A stretch of DNA of 30,015 bases, from contig JBKQKT010000028.1 of NCBI GenBank assembly GCA_052147365.1, positions 1-30,015 of the forward strand. The letters run 5' to 3'. Position numbers and translations under genes: made by a program. This stretch comes from Candidatus Korobacteraceae bacterium (GTDB lineage: Bacteria; Acidobacteriota; Terriglobia; Terriglobales; Acidobacteriaceae). The notes beneath the pieces are model-generated. The model was not told where the DNA came from, searched no databases, and saw nothing but the letters and a program-made list of their open reading frames with translations. This document shows positions 27,601 through 30,015 of this stretch, piece after piece. The first letter of the stretch is position 1, and each line of letters begins with the position of its first letter.

Positions 27601-28098
27601 TTACAACGGCGGACGCTTTTGTTTCTTCTGGCACTTTTCGCAGATGCCATAGATCTGAAAGGTGTGCCGCGTTGGCAGGTACTTGTTCTTGCGCCCGATT
27701 TCCTGCTCAATACGTTCGATCCCGCGAGCAAAAAACTCTACGGAAGCCCCACATTCAGTGCACACCATGTGGTGATGAGTGCGGCGCTGGTACTGCTGCT
27801 CGTAACGCGACACACCGTCGTCAAACGCCACCTCGCTGGCCAGGCCGCACTCAGCCAGCAGCTTCAGCGTGCGATACACGGTGGTAAAGCCGATGCGCTC
27901 GTCCTTTTTCTTGACCAGGCGGTACAGCTCGTCAGTGGAGAGATGGTCTCGCGTGTCAAGGAAGGCGCGCAGGATGGTGTCCCGCTGTCCGGTGTGCTTG
28001 AGGCCAACGCGTTTGAGGTGGCCATGAAATATGCCCTCGGCCTCGCGCAGCATCGCGCGTGAGATGGCCGGCTGATCATCAACACGTTTCTGCAGCAT
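27601..28098 (-). CDS. Fur-family transcriptional regulator
   Basis: TGQRDTIL, HLSTDELY, IGFTTVYRTLKLL, HHHMVCTECG, IYGICEKC. Start reassigned to the ATG at 28098. Confidence 0.93.
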   Translation of the reverse strand: MLQKRVDDQPAISRAMLREAEGIFHGHLKRVGLKHTGQRDTILRAFLDTRDHLSTDELYRLVKKKDERIGFTTVYRTLKLLAECGLASEVAFDDGVSRYEQQYQRRTHHHMVCTECGASVEFFARGIERIEQEIGRKNKYLPTRHTFQIYGICEKCQKKQKRPPL

Positions 28099-28185
28099 GG
28101 GGACCCACGTTTCGATATCAGCATAGCACCGGGTGCCTTGCGGCAGACACGATCTGCGCACGAGTTGGTTACAATCAAAGCTCCC

Positions 28186-30015
28186 ATGGAAGCCATCGCG
28201 ATTTCTCCACCCGCACGGACGTCCAGCCGCAAATTGATCTTTCGCGCGGTAGTGGCGGTCTTGCTGTTGTTGCTAATCGCCTTCGTCGCCTTCGATGTCT
28301 GGTTTTATCGCGCCGTGCGCGCCGCGCTGCCGCAGGTGGATGGCACCATTCATCTCGCAGGACTCACCGGGCCAGTCAGTGTGACCTACGATTCCCTCTG
28401 TGTCCCGCACATTGCCACCGCGAATTTGCCTGATCTCTTGTTCGCCCAAGGCTACATCACTGCGCAAGACCGGCTCTGGCAGATGGACATGACCCGCCGC
28501 TACGCCGCAGGCGAGCTGTCTGCCGTATTGGGGCCGGAGTACATCAAGATCGATCGCGAACAGCGCATCCTCGGCCTGCGGCAAGTAGCGGAGCGGGCCG
28601 TCGCCAACATGACCCCGGCGCAGAAGGCGCAGTTCGAAGCCTATGCCGCCGGCGTGAACGCCTACATCGCGCAGCATCAGAAAACACTTCCTATGGAATT
28701 CCGCTTTCTGACCTATTTTCCTCACGTGTGGACGGCGGAAGACTCGACGCTGGTCGGGTTGTCGATGGTCGAATTTCTCAACCATTATCTCTACAAGCAG
28801 AAGCTCTTCAAGGAAAAGGTCCTGGCCAGGCTTGGACCAGAGCTGACTGCCGATCTGTACGTGAACTCTTCCTGGCGCGACCATCCCCCAGGAGCAGAGG
28901 GTGCTTCGATTGAGAATGAAATTCCGACGCAGACAACTCCAGACGAAGGAGAAGACCCGGGGCTGCGTCGCGGAAAGAAAATCAGCCGTCTCACATCAAA
29001 AGAAATCAAAACGCAGATCCCTCGACTCGCTGCGCTCGCTGGAGATGAGAAACACGGTGAACAGCCTGGCGTTGCGGTATTCAACAAACTAAAGGCAGCC
29101 TCTGAAGGTTTGTCTCTTCAACCTGAATCTGCCGATGATCACCTTCAGCCCGGGTCCAACAACTGGGTGGTCTCGGGTGCGCACACCGTTTCAGGCAAGC
29201 CCCTGCTGTCCAACGATATGCACCTTGACCTGCAAATACCGAACGTGTGGTACGAGGCCCATCTTACGGCCGGGGATTTTGACGTTGCCGGCGTCACGCT
29301 GCCGGGCGTGCCATTTGTCATCGTCGGGCACAATCGCCGCATCGCCTGGGGCTTCACCAACCTCGGCCTCAACGTCGAAGACGTGTATATCGAAAAGTTC
29401 AACGACAAAGGCGAATATCTGACGCCGCAAGGCTGGGTGAAACCCGAGCATCGCAAGGAGATCATCGAGGTCAAAGGCAAACCTGAGGTCAATCTGGATG
29501 TTGTGATCACGCGGCATGGCCCGATCATCACCGACATTGTCCCCGGGGAACAGCGTCCACTGGCCCTGAAGTGGGTCATCTACGATCCCAGCGTGGGGAG
29601 CCTGGTTTTCTTTGATGTTGATTCGGCCAGGAATTGGCAGGAGTTCCGCGCAGCTTTTTCGCGCTTCGGCGCCCCTGGGCAAAATGTTGTCTATGCCGAT
29701 GTCGAGGGACACATTGGCTACCTGGCTACGGGGGCCATCCCGATCAGAGCCGACGGCGATGGCTCTCTGCCCGTCGCCGGCGATGATGATTCGCACGAAT
29801 GGACCGGATACGTGCCCTCCGAGCAATTACCGAATGTGTACGACCCGCCGTCGGGCATTATCGCCACCGCAAACGGCCGTATCACGCCAGACGGCTACCC
29901 CTATCTCCTAAGCATTGAGTGGATGGCTCCCTATCGCACAGAACGTATTTACAAGCTCCTAAATGCCCGGAAGAAGTTCACGCCGCCGGACATGCTGGCC
30001 ATCCAAGTGGACATC
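28186..30015 (+). CDS. Penicillin acylase / acyl-homoserine-lactone acylase family Ntn hydrolase (S45-type), truncated by the window end
   Basis: Not in the ORF track. Manual translation gives an N-terminal membrane anchor (RKLIFRAVVAVLLLLLIAFVAF), VPHI, FAQGYITAQDRLWQMD, the nucleophile motif GSNNWVVSG (Ser codon 29155-29157, same frame), LLSNDMHL and NVVYADVEGHIGY. Confidence 0.94.
   Translation, partial: MEAIAISPPARTSSRKLIFRAVVAVLLLLLIAFVAFDVWFYRAVRAALPQVDGTIHLAGLTGPVSVTYDSLCVPHIATANLPDLLFAQGYITAQDRLWQMDMTRRYAAGELSAVLGPEYIKIDREQRILGLRQVAERAVANMTPAQKAQFEAYAAGVNAYIAQHQKTLPMEFRFLTYFPHVWTAEDSTLVGLSMVEFLNHYLYKQKLFKEKVLARLGPELTADLYVNSSWRDHPPGAEGASIENEIPTQTTPDEGEDPGLRRGKKISRLTSKEIKTQIPRLAALAGDEKHGEQPGVAVFNKLKAASEGLSLQPESADDHLQPGSNNWVVSGAHTVSGKPLLSNDMHLDLQIPNVWYEAHLTAGDFDVAGVTLPGVPFVIVGHNRRIAWGFTNLGLNVEDVYIEKFNDKGEYLTPQGWVKPEHRKEIIEVKGKPEVNLDVVITRHGPIITDIVPGEQRPLALKWVIYDPSVGSLVFFDVDSARNWQEFRAAFSRFGAPGQNVVYADVEGHIGYLATGAIPIRADGDGSLPVAGDDDSHEWTGYVPSEQLPNVYDPPSGIIATANGRITPDGYPYLLSIEWMAPYRTERIYKLLNARKKFTPPDMLAIQVDI
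29013..29050. repeat. REP-like half-element read in frame within the acylase linker
   Basis: The reverse complement TCTCATCTCCAGCGAGCGCAGCGAGTCGAGGGATCTGC shares TCATC and the CGAG-CGA-GGATC end with 26173-26224. It translates as QIPRLAALAGDE. Confidence 0.5.

Noticed and set aside
28099-28185. Fur box between fur and the acylase gene
   Set aside because: No match to the GATAATGATAATCATTATC-type consensus or to a 7-1-7 repeat.
28273-29911. Minus-strand ORFs (28273..28884, 29191..29826 and others) and short plus-strand ORFs
   Set aside because: Shadows of the uninterrupted acylase reading frame that starts at 28186.
1-30015. CRISPR array, IS/transposase, integrase, prophage, rRNA or tRNA
   Set aside because: No regularly spaced repeats or diagnostic motifs were recognised by eye; dedicated scans were not run.

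Overview
High-GC bacterial chromosomal window. Gene content and several lineage-typical small genes suggest Acidobacteriota (Terriglobia); this is an inference. It is mostly housekeeping: ubiD-family decarboxylase, class II tRNA nucleotidyltransferase, lpxD, leuS, nfo, aroF, murB, a Fur-family regulator, an amidase, an APC permease, a methyltransferase and a penicillin acylase-family Ntn hydrolase. The two edge genes (ubiD family, acylase) are truncated and missing from the ORF track. The most interesting element is the apparent 4-gene operon at 1890-9107: a PlsR-like reductase, a radical SAM enzyme, a PlsA/Ger-like double-ATPase CoA-activase/reductase and a 94-aa unknown. It is a candidate acidobacterial ether/plasmalogen lipid pathway with an extra radical SAM gene, and it is preceded by a 439-bp intergenic region rich in inverted repeats. 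Other notable items: a DUF3443-like lipoprotein with both pepsin-type catalytic motifs, a histone-H1-like tail on the nucleotidyltransferase, an nfo gene with no canonical start codon for its conserved N-terminus, and two related REP-like palindromic elements, one read in frame inside the acylase linker. No tRNA, rRNA, CRISPR array or transposase was recognised.
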